From IMG/VR virus record IMGVR_UViG_3300020201_000015, positions 1-64,000 of that record: a stretch of DNA of 64,000 nucleotides; one strand, given 5' to 3'. The translations under genes and the position numbers were made by a program. The notes beneath the pieces are model-generated. The model did not search any database and was not told the DNA's origin. It saw only the letters and a program-made list of their open reading frames with translations. Source of the DNA: a virus. Shown one piece after another: positions 9,409 through 20,409 of the stretch (the stretch's first letter is position 1; each line of letters begins with the position of its first letter).

Positions 9409-10902
9409 TCAGCCGAAGCCGCGGCCGTCGTTGCCCCATCGCTGCGACCTGTCGGCATCAAGAGCCTGTGGTCTGCGGTCGTGATCGCTACCACTTGGCA
9501 ACATCGTTCGAAACGGCTCGAATGCCCCAGCGAGCGCGTCGACCTGGTCATCGTGCGCATCCTTTACACCGGTGAAGCTCCGTACCTCGTCGAGGAACGC
9601 CGGCAGCCACGGCGCCATGCCTTCGTCCGTGGCCCGCAGATGCGCGCCGCATTCACCGAGCGCCAACAGACTGCGCGGGATCTGAACATCGCCAGAGTTC
9701 CACGCAGCGGCCACCGCCTGCGCGCGCTGGAACTTGTCGCCAACTGCGTTGAGTGGCTCGACACAGACGCGTTCCTTGGGGTCACCTTCGCCAAAGAACT
9801 GAAGCCCGCCCTTCTCGGTGCCTGACACGAAGCCGAGGATCTGCGCGCCTGGGTGACGATCCGCCATCTCGCGAAGCTTCTTGCGGAACGCGGGCAACTC
9901 GCACCGCTCGCGGACGACCTCTACCACGTACGACACGCCAGTGACGTATCGACGCAACGCTACGCCAACCGAGAAGTCCGACCATGTCCGGACGGTGTAA
10001 GCGAAGTCGTTTCCGATGGCGCAGCGGTAGCCGACCCCTACGGGGAGCGAATCAAAGTATGTCGGCTCTCCGAAAACCTCTGCGCCCTTGGCGATAGGTC
10101 GCCCCTGGTACAGTGAAGCGAAAGCGTACGGGCCCAGCTGCGCCTCTGCCTTTCGTAGCCGGTCAATATCGAATCCCTCTGGCCACAGCGCGTCCCCATC
10201 ATCAGAGATCGCTGGCAAGTTCACGCTGCGCCAACCCTGCTTGGTGAGCCGGCCGATGAGATCGTCCGTGTGCCATCGAGTATGGTTGACGATGAACGAC
10301 GTGGCCATCTTGCCAGGCTCTTGGCGCGTGTAGATGACGTCGTTGAACCACTCCCACACCTTCTCGCGAATAAGCGGGCTTTCTGCTTCTTCGCGGTTCT
10401 TGAAAGGGTCGTCAATAATGACGACGTGAAAACCTTCGCCAGTCCATGCGCCGCCGACGCCGCCCCAGATAATCTTGCTACCGTTCGCGAGTTGCCATTC
10501 GCGCATGGTGTCGCGTCTGAACTCAACGCCTGCCGCATTGGCTATGATTCGCGCCTTGCCGCTCTCTGAGTCCGCGCGGTCCTGGTTGTAAGTGCCATAG
10601 CCTATGTACGTGTGCGGCCTAACGCAGACCTTCTTGACGATCCAGTGAACGATGGAAGACGTCTTCGTGTGTCGAGGTGGCGTTGACGAACACGCTTCCA
10701 CTCCGCCGGTAGTCAGCGCCTCGTCCAGTAGGCTCAGGATCGGACGCAGGTGGTACGGGGCTTGGAACCTGCGCGACACGCGAGGGACGAACTGGTAAAG
10801 CGTCTCGTTGACGTCGGCACGTTGGCGCTGGGTCGCGCCGAGCTTGGCCAGCAGCCCAGCTTGGACGAGCGCGGTCGCCGCGGGCGAGACTCGGGCCGTC
10901 AC
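9409..10902 (-). CDS. terL: Terminase large subunit
   Basis: PPRHTKT Walker A variant, IIDDPFKN Walker B, TRWHTDDL, SLYQGRP, HDDQVDA nuclease motif. Confidence 0.95.
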   Translation of the reverse strand: MTARVSPAATALVQAGLLAKLGATQRQRADVNETLYQFVPRVSRRFQAPYHLRPILSLLDEALTTGGVEACSSTPPRHTKTSSIVHWIVKKVCVRPHTYIGYGTYNQDRADSESGKARIIANAAGVEFRRDTMREWQLANGSKIIWGGVGGAWTGEGFHVVIIDDPFKNREEAESPLIREKVWEWFNDVIYTRQEPGKMATSFIVNHTRWHTDDLIGRLTKQGWRSVNLPAISDDGDALWPEGFDIDRLRKAEAQLGPYAFASLYQGRPIAKGAEVFGEPTYFDSLPVGVGYRCAIGNDFAYTVRTWSDFSVGVALRRYVTGVSYVVEVVRERCELPAFRKKLREMADRHPGAQILGFVSGTEKGGLQFFGEGDPKERVCVEPLNAVGDKFQRAQAVAAAWNSGDVQIPRSLLALGECGAHLRATDEGMAPWLPAFLDEVRSFTGVKDAHDDQVDALAGAFEPFRTMLPSGSDHDRRPQALDADRSQRWGNDGRGFG

Positions 10903-11292
10903 GGCCGCACGCTGACGCGCTGTTCGCGCGCGCCACATTCGCGGCGTTCGTGGTGTGGCAGCTGGACGATCTGTGTACCCAGTACGAGCGTGGCGACCGA
11001 ACTCGCGATGCTCTTCCAACCCCTGATCCGACCCTGTTCGCTCATGTCTTCTCCACGGCACGCGCGATGCGACACGCGACGGCATGATGCCCCCTCTGCC
11101 GCCGGCCTCCAGTCGTCCGCTCGTTCGCCAGATGACCTTCGGGGAACTCCTCCGCCTGAGGCGTCAGATCGAACGGGAACGATTCGACCGGCTCGTTGGT
11201 CGCGAGCGCGAGACCGCCGAGTCGGACGCAAGGATGATGGGCGCGCCGCGGTGATGGCGTGCGACCCATCGGCGCGAGGGCCACCATGCGGA

Positions 11293-11634
11293 TCACCATG
11301 CAGCGAGCGCGCGCTCGAGTTCTGCCACGCGCGCGGCCGCGAGGATGGCGCCCTGCATCGCGCATGCCTCCTTGTAGAGCTCGCGTCGGTCAAGATCGGA
11401 CGCGGCCTCGAACTTCGAGCCGTAGCTTTCCATTGCCGCGTCCACCGCAGCATCGCTGACGAGCGACGCGACAGACACTTGCGCTAGCCGACGCTCGAGG
11501 TCGTCGATCTCAAGGACGCTCCCGACCACTCCGCCAACGGGCTGGCCGCCGATGAGAAGGCGGGCGAAGACCCTGCCGTCTCGGCTCTGCTGTCGGTCGA
11601 TGGTCCACTCTTGCGTCGGGTCAGTCCTGCTCAT
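11293..11634 (-). CDS. Hypothetical protein
   Basis: Codon and operon context; preceded by AGGAG. Confidence 0.5.
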   Translation of the reverse strand: MSRTDPTQEWTIDRQQSRDGRVFARLLIGGQPVGGVVGSVLEIDDLERRLAQVSVASLVSDAAVDAAMESYGSKFEAASDLDRRELYKEACAMQGAILAAARVAELERALAAW

Positions 11635-11667
11635 GGCGTGGTCTCCTGTTGGCGTTGGAATTGGTCG

Positions 11668-11976
11668 TCACGTCGTCACCTTGAACGCAGGCAGCCCCAA
11701 GACGAGCCTGTCGATCCGGCCCATCGCCCGCCGGTGGATCTGCATGTGGTGTCGCGCCAGGGCCCCTTGGATGATGCTCCACGCCACAGCTCGCTCAGCG
11801 TGCAGGTGGTAGGCGTATCGAAGGGCGCGCTGCCGCATCGCGGAGAGCTTCCGCGCGCCCTCGGCCTCGGCGTCAGCCCGGCCGTCTTCGTAGTCGCTTT
11901 CCTGATCAGTTGCGTCCGATCTCGCCACCTCGACCATCCAATCCACGTCGCGCCTCAGGCGCTCGGCGGGCGTCAC
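11668..11976 (-). CDS. GEPAF-family paralog 1
   Basis: GRADAEAE...LRYAYHLHAERA.AW...HRRAM.RI motif. Confidence 0.6.
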   Translation of the reverse strand: MTPAERLRRDVDWMVEVARSDATDQESDYEDGRADAEAEGARKLSAMRQRALRYAYHLHAERAVAWSIIQGALARHHMQIHRRAMGRIDRLVLGLPAFKVTT

Positions 11977-12308
11977 GGCGCCGCCTTCCCGAAGGCCGGT
12001 TCGCCTCGGATGAGGCACGCGATCCGGGTCATCGCCCGAAGGTGGAGAGCCTTGTACCGCCTGGCCTTCGGACCCCACACGAGGCCCCATGCCGCCGCCC
12101 GCTCAGATTGCAGGTGGTAGGCGTACACCAACGTGCGACGCGTTGCGCTCCGGCGCGCGGCTAGGCCCTCGTCCTCGGCGTCAGCCCGGCCCGCTGCGTA
12201 GCCGTAACGGCACAGCAGATTGTCCGAGGCCTCGTCCGTAACGCCCATAAACTCCCGCACGTCCCGCTGCATCTGCTCCCACGCTGGCCCTCGCGCGCGC
12301 GCCGTCAC
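11973..12308 (-). CDS. GEPAF-family paralog 2
   Basis: Same motif, ending LIRGEPAFGK. Confidence 0.6.
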   Translation of the reverse strand: MTARARGPAWEQMQRDVREFMGVTDEASDNLLCRYGYAAGRADAEDEGLAARRSATRRTLVYAYHLQSERAAAWGLVWGPKARRYKALHLRAMTRIACLIRGEPAFGKAAP

Positions 12309-13009
12309 GACGCCACCTTGCCGAAGGCTGGCTCACCTCGGATGAGGCGCGCGATCCGGTCCATCGCTCGCCGGTGGAGCATCATGCGTCGCCGCGCCTT
12401 CATCCTGTAGGTAGCGTCCCCGTCGGAGTCGCCCGCTGCCTCCGTCGACCAGGCCAGGCTCCGCTCAGCGTGCAGGTCGTACGCGTATCGCAGGGTGCGG
12501 AGCATCGCGCTCCGCCGCGTGATCAGGCCGATCTGGTCCATCGCTCGCCGATGGGCCCGCATCCGGCGCCGCGCCTCAGCTCTCTCTTCGTCGGACTCGG
12601 CGCCAGTGTCCCAGCTCGCCTCCGTCGACCAAGCCGCAGCCCTCTCAGCGTGCAGCTCGCGGGCGTAGCGGAGGGTACGAAGCCTCGCGCCCCGCCACGC
12701 AGCCAGTGCCTCGGCCTCGGCGTCAGCGCGCCCGGCCACGTGGCCGGCCTTCCACGCGGTCGCCCATGCGAGCGCCTCGGTCTTGAGCGCATCGAGCCGC
12801 GTCACTTCGCCCCCTGCAACTGACGTCGCCTTCGGCGTGTACGGATACGACCGGCGGGACGTCGCCGGCGCGTACGGGACGATGTGCGACTCGACCCCGG
12901 GCCATGAGCCGCGGCAGTGCTCGCGAGCCGCAGCCAGGGCCGAGAAAGCGACGTCCAGGGCGAGGCCGTCGGCGGGATCGAGCACGACCCACAAGGTCCG
13001 AGGCTTCAC
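12305..13009 (-). CDS. GEPAF-family paralog 3 (motif present twice)
   Basis: Two tandem LRTLRYA..LHAER..AWSTEA...HRRAMD units. Confidence 0.6.
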   Translation of the reverse strand: MKPRTLWVVLDPADGLALDVAFSALAAAREHCRGSWPGVESHIVPYAPATSRRSYPYTPKATSVAGGEVTRLDALKTEALAWATAWKAGHVAGRADAEAEALAAWRGARLRTLRYARELHAERAAAWSTEASWDTGAESDEERAEARRRMRAHRRAMDQIGLITRRSAMLRTLRYAYDLHAERSLAWSTEAAGDSDGDATYRMKARRRMMLHRRAMDRIARLIRGEPAFGKVAS

Positions 13010-13383
13010 GACGGCACCTTGACTTCTTCGTCGTCGTCCGGGATGCGGACGACGCGCACCCCCTCTTGGCGCACCGAACCTTGGAGTTCGTCGAGGCTAT
13101 CAAGGAACGGCTCTCGCCACCTAACGTCAAACCTCGTCACACGGTCGCGCCCCACTTCTCCGGGGTCGGCCGAGGTCGGCTCATCCCACCAGGCCGCCGG
13201 GATGCCCGTGTGGCGCTCCAGCTCGGCGCGCAGCCGAGGCTCGGGCCGGTTCATGCCCGCGGTCCACCTACGCACCGCCTCCCGCGTGACCCGCAGCTCG
13301 CGCGCCACGCTCGCCTGTGTGTGGGGCTTCGGCGCGGTGAGCAGTTCCAGGGCCATCTGGCCTCTCGTTGACATTGTTCCCAT
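13006..13383 (-). CDS. XRE/Cro-like HTH regulator
   Basis: TQASVARELRVTREAVRRW.AG..RP. Confidence 0.8.
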   Translation of the reverse strand: MGTMSTRGQMALELLTAPKPHTQASVARELRVTREAVRRWTAGMNRPEPRLRAELERHTGIPAAWWDEPTSADPGEVGRDRVTRFDVRWREPFLDSLDELQGSVRQEGVRVVRIPDDDEEVKVPS

Positions 13384-13389
13384 GAGGCC

Positions 13390-13418
13390 ACTGTAGCATG
13401 GCATGCTGTCGTGGCCAA
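13390..13418 (-). promoter_or_regulatory. Sigma70-like promoter for a leaderless HTH transcript
   Basis: TTGGCC-N17-TACAGT, ATG 6 nt downstream. Confidence 0.5.
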
Positions 13419-14510
13419 GCACCTAGCGCTCCTCGTCCAGCAGCTCGACCCGATCCGCGACCCACACCGCGCCGTGTCGCTCGACCAAGCGGGCCACGAC
13501 CTCGGCTAGCCGAACGCCGGCCGCCAGCAGTCGCTTGCTGGCCGCGCAGTCGCGCTCGAACGCGGCCGCCTCAGCCCGTAGCGTCTCCGCGTAGGATCTG
13601 CCAGTGGTGTCGATCACGCGTGCCCTCTCATCTGGAACCTGTCGCCTGGCAGCCAGTCAGGCGCGTGTGCCTCGCAGGTCAGACCTTCGGCCTCGGGCCA
13701 GAACGACCGGACCGTGGCAATGCCCTCGGCTTCAGTCGGCGCGTCGACCATCGCGCAGACGATGAACTCCGGCTCGCCCTCGCGAGAGCCGACGCACCAC
13801 CACTCGAACGTCGGCCCGCTCGGGTGAACGGCGGCGAAGTACGTGGGGCGGTAGTCGCCGTCGACACCGCCATAGAAACGGATCCAGAGTCTCATCGCTT
13901 CTGCTCCTTCGCCCGCCGCCACCAAGCCCTCGCAGCCTACGTCTTCGTAGCGCTCGCCATCGCCTCAATGGTCGCGCTCGTAGCTCGCAGCTTCGCGGCC
14001 TGCGCATCCAGTGCGGCCGTGATCTCTCGAGACAACTCCAGCATGTCGCCGATCAGCACGGCGTACGCCTCGGCGATCGACCTGCCTATGCCGAGTGGCA
14101 ACGGGTGACGAAAACCTACGGCGTAGGTGTCGCCTTCGCGATGAATATTCGCCTCAACGAGAAACTGTCGCCCCCACCTTCCGGCAGCAGTGTCCAAGTG
14201 ATGGACAACATCAGTGGCGAGTTCCGTCGCGGCGTCGTGAAGGACGCTCACGCCTACGTTCCTCAACGTCGCCGCGGTGGCGGCAACGCGGGCGGATCTA
14301 CTTTTCTCGATCGGATCGTCCATATCGACAATGACGTTGGCTTGCTTGTCGTACTGGAAACGTAACATCACGTCCTCCTCTTTCGGGACAACTTCGTTCA
14401 TCGCAGCAACCTCCTCGCTCATGACAACTTCGCTCATCACAGCAGCCTCATCGTTCCGACCATCGTGGCCCACCATCATAACCTCCTCCACTGCGTTATC
14501 GCCCCGCGCG

Positions 14511-15182
14511 TTACCCACCACTCGTAGTCGACAACGTCCGAGCTTGCCGCTCGAAGGCCTCGTCGAACGCCTCCTCCAGCCCCGGGAACGACTCCGCCAA
14601 CTCCGCCACCGCGGCGCGCTGCGCGGCAAGGAACTGGTCCTGTGACGCGTCTACCAGCTGCCGCACCTCGGGGCGAAGCTGTGGCGACCCATCCTTGCCG
14701 ACGATGACGATGCCCACCTGCGTCGTGTTGCTGATGGCGCCCGTCGCCTTGCCGTACAGGTCAAGCGACTGGTTGCTCGCCGCGTACAGGCCCGCAGCTT
14801 CACGATCCATCGCCTTCGTAGCCCGCTGGTAGACCTCGTCGCTCCGACGCAGCGCCCGCGTGGTGACCTCGGCCCGGGCTCGGTCGACGTTGCCCGGGTC
14901 CTCCAACATCTGCGCCGCCGTTGCCGCGCTGCGCTCCACGGTATTCGGATGCAGACCCCACACCTCCGCCAACAGGGGAGAGGACTCGCCGCGCACGAAG
15001 AGGTCGTCCTCGAAAGCCTCAAGGCAAAACCACACACGTTCCTTCGCGCTGGGAGCGCGCTCTAGCCGCCGCTGAAGCTCTTGCGCAGCCTCAAGAAGTG
15101 CCTCACGCGCGCGCGCGGGACTTATTTCGATTGTTGACGCCGCTGATTCCTCAACAATCTCGGACACTTCCAAGTCACTCAT
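14511..15182 (-). CDS. Helical protein, candidate terminase small subunit
   Basis: N-terminal HTH-like LLAEVWGLHPNTV, helical middle, LDLYGKATG; upstream of terL in the same operon. Confidence 0.35.
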   Translation of the reverse strand: MSDLEVSEIVEESAASTIEISPARAREALLEAAQELQRRLERAPSAKERVWFCLEAFEDDLFVRGESSPLLAEVWGLHPNTVERSAATAAQMLEDPGNVDRARAEVTTRALRRSDEVYQRATKAMDREAAGLYAASNQSLDLYGKATGAISNTTQVGIVIVGKDGSPQLRPEVRQLVDASQDQFLAAQRAAVAELAESFPGLEEAFDEAFERQARTLSTTSGG

Positions 15183-15516
15183 GACCCACCGCTTGAGGTT
15201 TCAGGCACACCCACTGGTGCGCCCCTGTTGACAAATCTGGATCCACCCCAGAGAATGCGGACGAAGTCTGCGGGCGAGAGCCTGCTCTTCTTCTCTGCAT
15301 CCTAGATCTCTCGCCGTCTTCGCCGGCGACGCTAGGTGCCGCTGCCGCGGGGGCCGGCAGCAATAGTTTCGCGGAGCATCTTGATCGCTGCGACCATGAG
15401 CTGCTGGCGCAGGTCGTCCGGCAGCACCGCCGCGTCGACGATGAGCAGGGCCCCGGCAGCTAGCTCGATAGCGCGCCATCGCGGCGCTTCGCACTCGCCA
15501 GGGCAATCTTGGGGCC

Positions 15517-16539
15517 TCACGGCTTCCGCCCAGCGGCGCAGATGTCGCCGTTAGCAAGCCATGTATCGATCGCGGCGGGGAACGAGAAGACGTCCTCGAC
15601 GACTACTGCGGGATAGCTCATGGCGCCCGCGAAGGTCGGTTCGCCGCACATCGCGATCGTGGCGACGAAGCCGTCAGAGATCGTCAGCGTACCTTCGGGT
15701 TGGACGCTCCCGCCGCCAACGTAGGCCGCCGCGCGGACCACGCGGTAGCCCTGCCGTTGGAGCTCGCCAGCTATGTCGGGCGGCGTCCAGCCGGGTGGCT
15801 TCTGGACCTTGCCCGCCGCGTTGCGGGTGATGCCGCCTGCCACCTTCGCCATGTTGCTGCGCAGCACCTCCGCCCAGATGGGCCGCGGGTCGATACCGAA
15901 GGCCATCAGCATGCCGAGCCCGACTACGCAGGTGTCGATGACGCCGTCCGCCACCTCGACCATGTCGCGCGTGTCGATCGCGTCGAGCGTCTCCCTTGCC
16001 TCCTCGGCGAACAGCGAGCGGCGCAGCTCTATCGTCTCCTCGTCGGGCCACGCCGGTTGCCGCGGGCGGGCCTGCTCGAACGCGGAGAACATCGTCTGAA
16101 GTTGCGCAGTCCAGTCGACCGCCCGGCGCTCCTCGACAAGCCTGGTGTTCGCCTGCTGTAGCTCGTCCCGCTGCGCACGCAGGTGGGCGTTGTCCCGTTC
16201 CATTGCCGCCAGGTCGGACGCGAGCACCGTGAGGGTGCGGGGCGTGGTCTGCTGAGGGCCGAAGCATAGGCAGTCCTTGCCGGCCTCGCAGCACGGCATG
16301 CAGCCCCTGCCCGGCGGGAAGCCCTGAGCTACCGGCGCGGCGGCAAGCATTCGCATGCTCGCCGGGTGAATGCGGTCTTGGAGCGCGCCGACGAGGTCAC
16401 CGGGTGACGGGGCGTCGGCAGGCTTGGTTGCGCGAAGATGGCATGTCGCCGAGCAGAACCACGGCCAGTGCTGCTGGAACGGCGAACCCGGCGACGGGGT
16501 GAACATGGCCTCGCATTCGGAGCATTCCAGGGCCTTCAT
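15517..16539 (-). CDS. MazG-like nucleoside triphosphate pyrophosphohydrolase with Cys-rich N-terminus
   Basis: LFAEEARE...EVADGVID...EVLRSNMAK....GKVQKPPGW.PPD. Confidence 0.85.
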   Translation of the reverse strand: MKALECSECEAMFTPSPGSPFQQHWPWFCSATCHLRATKPADAPSPGDLVGALQDRIHPASMRMLAAAPVAQGFPPGRGCMPCCEAGKDCLCFGPQQTTPRTLTVLASDLAAMERDNAHLRAQRDELQQANTRLVEERRAVDWTAQLQTMFSAFEQARPRQPAWPDEETIELRRSLFAEEARETLDAIDTRDMVEVADGVIDTCVVGLGMLMAFGIDPRPIWAEVLRSNMAKVAGGITRNAAGKVQKPPGWTPPDIAGELQRQGYRVVRAAAYVGGGSVQPEGTLTISDGFVATIAMCGEPTFAGAMSYPAVVVEDVFSFPAAIDTWLANGDICAAGRKP

Positions 16540-18260
16540 CGAATCACCTCGCCTTTCGCAATCCACTGCATCATGCACATCGCGCCCTTGTTCCAGCCGT
16601 CCCACGCATCGTCGCCGCCATGCCCTGGCTTGCCGATCCACGACGAGACGAGGTCCTCCACGCGCCTCACTTCTGCGGTGAGGACAGCGCGGATCGCGTC
16701 GTCGGTCATGGCGGCGTCGAGTTCGGATGCGGCGCGTTCGGCGCACTCGGTGGCAAGAATCGCGGCGTCACGCGGAGGCGCGTAGGCGGCCCGTAGTAGC
16801 GCTTCCAGCCGTATCAGTTCGTCGTCGGTCATCGCGTCCGTCTCCCTCTCCGGTATACCTTCGCCGGCCATTGCTTGCCGTGCGCCGTCACGTGCGCCGC
16901 TGCCGTCACCCGAGCCACCCTAGCATCTTGCAGCGTGTACTCCTGCGCGTGCTCGCGGCCGTATGTCCACGACGCGCCGTCCCACCACTGCGAGAATATC
17001 GACCGGATGCTGTGGCTGTTATTGTGGCAACCGCAACCGCAGACGATGACCCACGCTCGAGCGATGATAGTCATGATCTACTTTTGGTGGGCTCAGACCA
17101 CCGGCGGTCGTCGCGTTGCTGCTGGTGAAACTCCCATGCCCACCACGTCGCGCGACTGAGAACCAGAAGCAAGGCTCCGATTATCGGACCGATGGGCAGC
17201 GGCGGCAGTTCTTCGTGGTCGTGGCTCATGACCCGAACCGATCCCTCATCCATGCTGCGCTGGTGCGGGCGGCCTCCGCGTCCGTGAGGCGCTCGGCAAT
17301 CTCGTGCGCGCAGTCGGTGCAGAACCGGGTCGGCTCCGAGCAGAAGGGCACGCTGAGGATCTCCAGGCACTCCTCGCACCGGAGTTCGGACTCCTCCTCC
17401 TCCTCGTCGGCGTGGGTCATCAGTCCTCCACCAGGTCGACCTCGACGAACTCGCCGGTCGCCAGGTCCATCCATGTCCCGCAGACGATGCCACCTGGCTC
17501 GAAGTCGAAGGTCATGGCCATCTCCCCGAGGACGTCGGAGGACTCGCACCAGATGCCGCCCTCCCTGGTCGCGTAGACGCTCCACCCGTAGCCGTCTGGA
17601 TCGATGCGCGCCAGGAAGCGCTCGGCTGCATCGGTAGCGGCGGGATGCGCCAGACGCGGGCCCGAGTCATCCCAGTCGTACGGCGTGGAGCGCAACTCTG
17701 CTATGCGCGCTGTGTAGCCGTGGCTCCTGGCGTCGAGGTGATGCTCCTCCTCGTCGAGGTAGATCACGAAGACCTCACGTACGCCCAGCGCAGCTCGGAC
17801 TCGGAGGCGCGGTCGACCTCGGCCCCCACCCTCGCTGTGCGGTCCATGGATCGGTCGGTGATCCTCACGGCCAGATGCCCCACGCCCAGATCCTCGCGCG
17901 GGAGGGGCCCTCGGTCGCCATCCGCCGCCTCTGCGTAGAGCACGACGGCTATTTCACCGGCTGAGATCCTCACGCGCCCGCTGCGCGCGACCCACGTGAG
18001 CCCCAGCCGTCCAGCCATGTCGACCAGCAGATCGTAGGTCTCGCGCGCGCGACCTAGGGCGGCATGACTATTGGAGACGTGGATGACGGCGTCTCGCCCG
18101 CTCATGCACGCGCGGAGAGCCTCGACGCATGCCCAGGTCGTGCGCCCCGTCCCTCGCTCGTACTGCGTGCCGTAGGCGTCTCGAGCGAGCACCGCTGCCC
18201 GATGTTCCTCCCACGGCAGCAGCCCCAGCCGGCCCATGATCTCCTCGTGCGTCACGTCGC

Positions 18261-18485
18261 TCATGTCTTCATCCTGCCTCTCGCGCGCCGTAGCGCGCCC
18301 CGTATCTGGTACTCGACCCCTTGCTTCGTGATCCCCGACATCGCCGCGATCCTCTCCAGCGACAGCCCGTCCGGCGTGACGCCTGGCCGTCGAGTCGCGT
18401 CGACCGGCTCGACCTCGGCACTGAACAGGACGATGCCTCGCACACCGCCAGCCTCTGCCACCGCGACGATCTCCCAGCAGCTCAT
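18261..18485 (-). CDS. Small sigma70 region 4-like HTH protein
   Basis: LSLERIAAMSGITKQGVEYQIRGALRR. Confidence 0.5.
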   Translation of the reverse strand: MSCWEIVAVAEAGGVRGIVLFSAEVEPVDATRRPGVTPDGLSLERIAAMSGITKQGVEYQIRGALRRARGRMKT

Positions 18486-18856
18486 CTCCAGCGCTCCAGC
18501 TTGGTGCAGATGAGCATCGCCGCATATCGCGCGGCCTCGTCCAGTCCAGCGAACGAGGCTGCCTTACGTCTCGTGACATGGACCTGGTATCCGCTCGATC
18601 GCAGCTGCGCGTCGACCTCGACGGCGTGAAGCTCGCGGTCGAGGTCGAGCAGGTCGGCGAACCTTGATGCCTCGTCGAGGCTGGCGAACGAGGACACCTT
18701 GCGACCCGTGACCAGGACCTGGTAGCCGGACGCGACCGGCGCGGCACAGACCTCGACCCAGAGCAGCTCTACCTCACCGACGACCCGGTGCAGGTAGACG
18801 CCTCTCACGTCGCCCATCGCGCCCGACTCGCTCACGTCGAGGATCTCCCAGGTCAT
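18482..18856 (-). CDS. Hypothetical protein with internal repeat
   Basis: SGYQV.VT.RK..SFA.LDEA.R.A occurs twice. Confidence 0.55.
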   Translation of the reverse strand: MTWEILDVSESGAMGDVRGVYLHRVVGEVELLWVEVCAAPVASGYQVLVTGRKVSSFASLDEASRFADLLDLDRELHAVEVDAQLRSSGYQVHVTRRKAASFAGLDEAARYAAMLICTKLERWR

Positions 18857-19151
18857 AAGTCCGCCTCGACTACGTCGTCTGCGTCGTACAAAAAACAGGT
18901 CCGCCGACCGGCGTAGAATACGAACACCATCCCGCCGCATCTGACCAGGTCGTCCACCTCCGCCTGCAAGCCGCTCACGACGCCCGGGATGGGGTGCAGC
19001 GAGAACGGCAAGCAAGCATCGCCGACCCGCGCCAGGAACGCCGCGCACTCCGCGATTGCCCCGGCGTCGACAGGCCCGCTCTGGTCGTCGTACCAGCCGG
19101 CAGGCAGGCTGGCGATGTAGTCCAGCAGCTCGCGATACTCGACCACGCGGC

Positions 19152-19511
19152 TCATCGGACGCTGGCCCTGAGCCTGGCAGCAATCTGACGCAACACCGTG
19201 TCGATGACAACGACCTCGTCGTTGGTCAGCTGGTCGGGATGGCGCGCCGCGGTCGAGAGATCGTCGCGCACTCGCCATCGACACACCTCCAGCGCCGCGC
19301 GCGCGACGTCGCCAGGCTCCTCGTCACGGATGCGGCCCGGCGTCGCCTTGGGCACGCGCCGCCCGGTCTTTCGGTCCCACACCATGCCGTCGTCGGTGGT
19401 TAGCCGGGCTACGGTGGCCTTCGTCACGGTCCGGAAGCGCATGCGGTGGCTCGAACTCCATCCATAACGCTCCTCCTCGACGACCCTGTCTCCGACCTTT
19501 GCGGAGATCAT
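19152..19511 (-). CDS. Small beta-barrel-type protein, paralog A
   Basis: KVGDRVVEE...RFRTV.K.T..RLTTD.G.VWDR..GRRVP. Confidence 0.6.
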   Translation of the reverse strand: MISAKVGDRVVEEERYGWSSSHRMRFRTVTKATVARLTTDDGMVWDRKTGRRVPKATPGRIRDEEPGDVARAALEVCRWRVRDDLSTAARHPDQLTNDEVVVIDTVLRQIAARLRASVR

Positions 19512-19867
19512 CGGACGCCGATCCTGAGCCGGGCCGCGATCTGGCTCATCACCGTATCGAGCGCCTCGACCTCGAGGTCGGTCAGCTGGTCGCTGTAGCG
19601 CTCGACGGCCGAGAGGTCCGATCGCACTCGCGCGCGTCGCGCCTCCCGCACCGCGCGCGCATCGTCGCCAGGCACGAGGTCGCGGACCTCGGAGCGCGGC
19701 TCCCTGGGTACGCGCCGGCCGCTCTCTCGGTCCCACACCTCGCCGGTGTCGGTGGTCAGCCGCGTCGCCGTGACCTTCACCACGGTCCGGAAGCGCAGCC
19801 AGCGCATCGGGCTCCAGCCCCGGCGCGACTCCTCGACGACCCGGTCCCCGACCTGAGCCTTGATCAT
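19508..19867 (-). CDS. Small beta-barrel-type protein, paralog B
   Basis: Tandem duplicate of the adjacent gene. Confidence 0.6.
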   Translation of the reverse strand: MIKAQVGDRVVEESRRGWSPMRWLRFRTVVKVTATRLTTDTGEVWDRESGRRVPREPRSEVRDLVPGDDARAVREARRARVRSDLSAVERYSDQLTDLEVEALDTVMSQIAARLRIGVR

Positions 19868-20409
19868 GATGCCCTCCTCCAGACCTGTCGCTTGACCTTG
19901 TGCCATCGATGTTCGACCTGACTCGGCGGACGATGCGGAGTCGCCCGCGAGGCGCGCAGATCCATCGTTGACGCAGGCCAGCCGCGCGAGGGCCAGATAT
20001 CTGGCTCCGGGCAGGACCAATCGGCCTCGCATGGCGTCGGCGACCAGTAGTCGCCATCTTGGATGGATGCCCGCCCCAGGTAGTCTTGGTAGTCCATCAC
20101 GAGTCCGCCGCGAACAGGTAGCCGGTACCCATCTTTGCCGCCCACGCCGCGAAGGTGAGCGTGACGATGTGCCCGAGCGGGTGGCCAGGCTCCGAGATCG
20201 TCAACTCGCGCGGATCCATCCACGCACTCATCTCGGCCGCAAGGTCTTCGGTCCGGTAGCGATCGCGATCCACGTCGAGCGGAAACTCGACCTGCTTGTG
20301 GGCGGCGACGATGGCGGCCTCAAGGTCGGGCCCGATGAGCCATTCGGTGTTGTCGGTGTAGACGTGGAGCGGGCGGGAGTCGGTCATGGTGCCTCGTTGA
20401 AGTTGTGGA

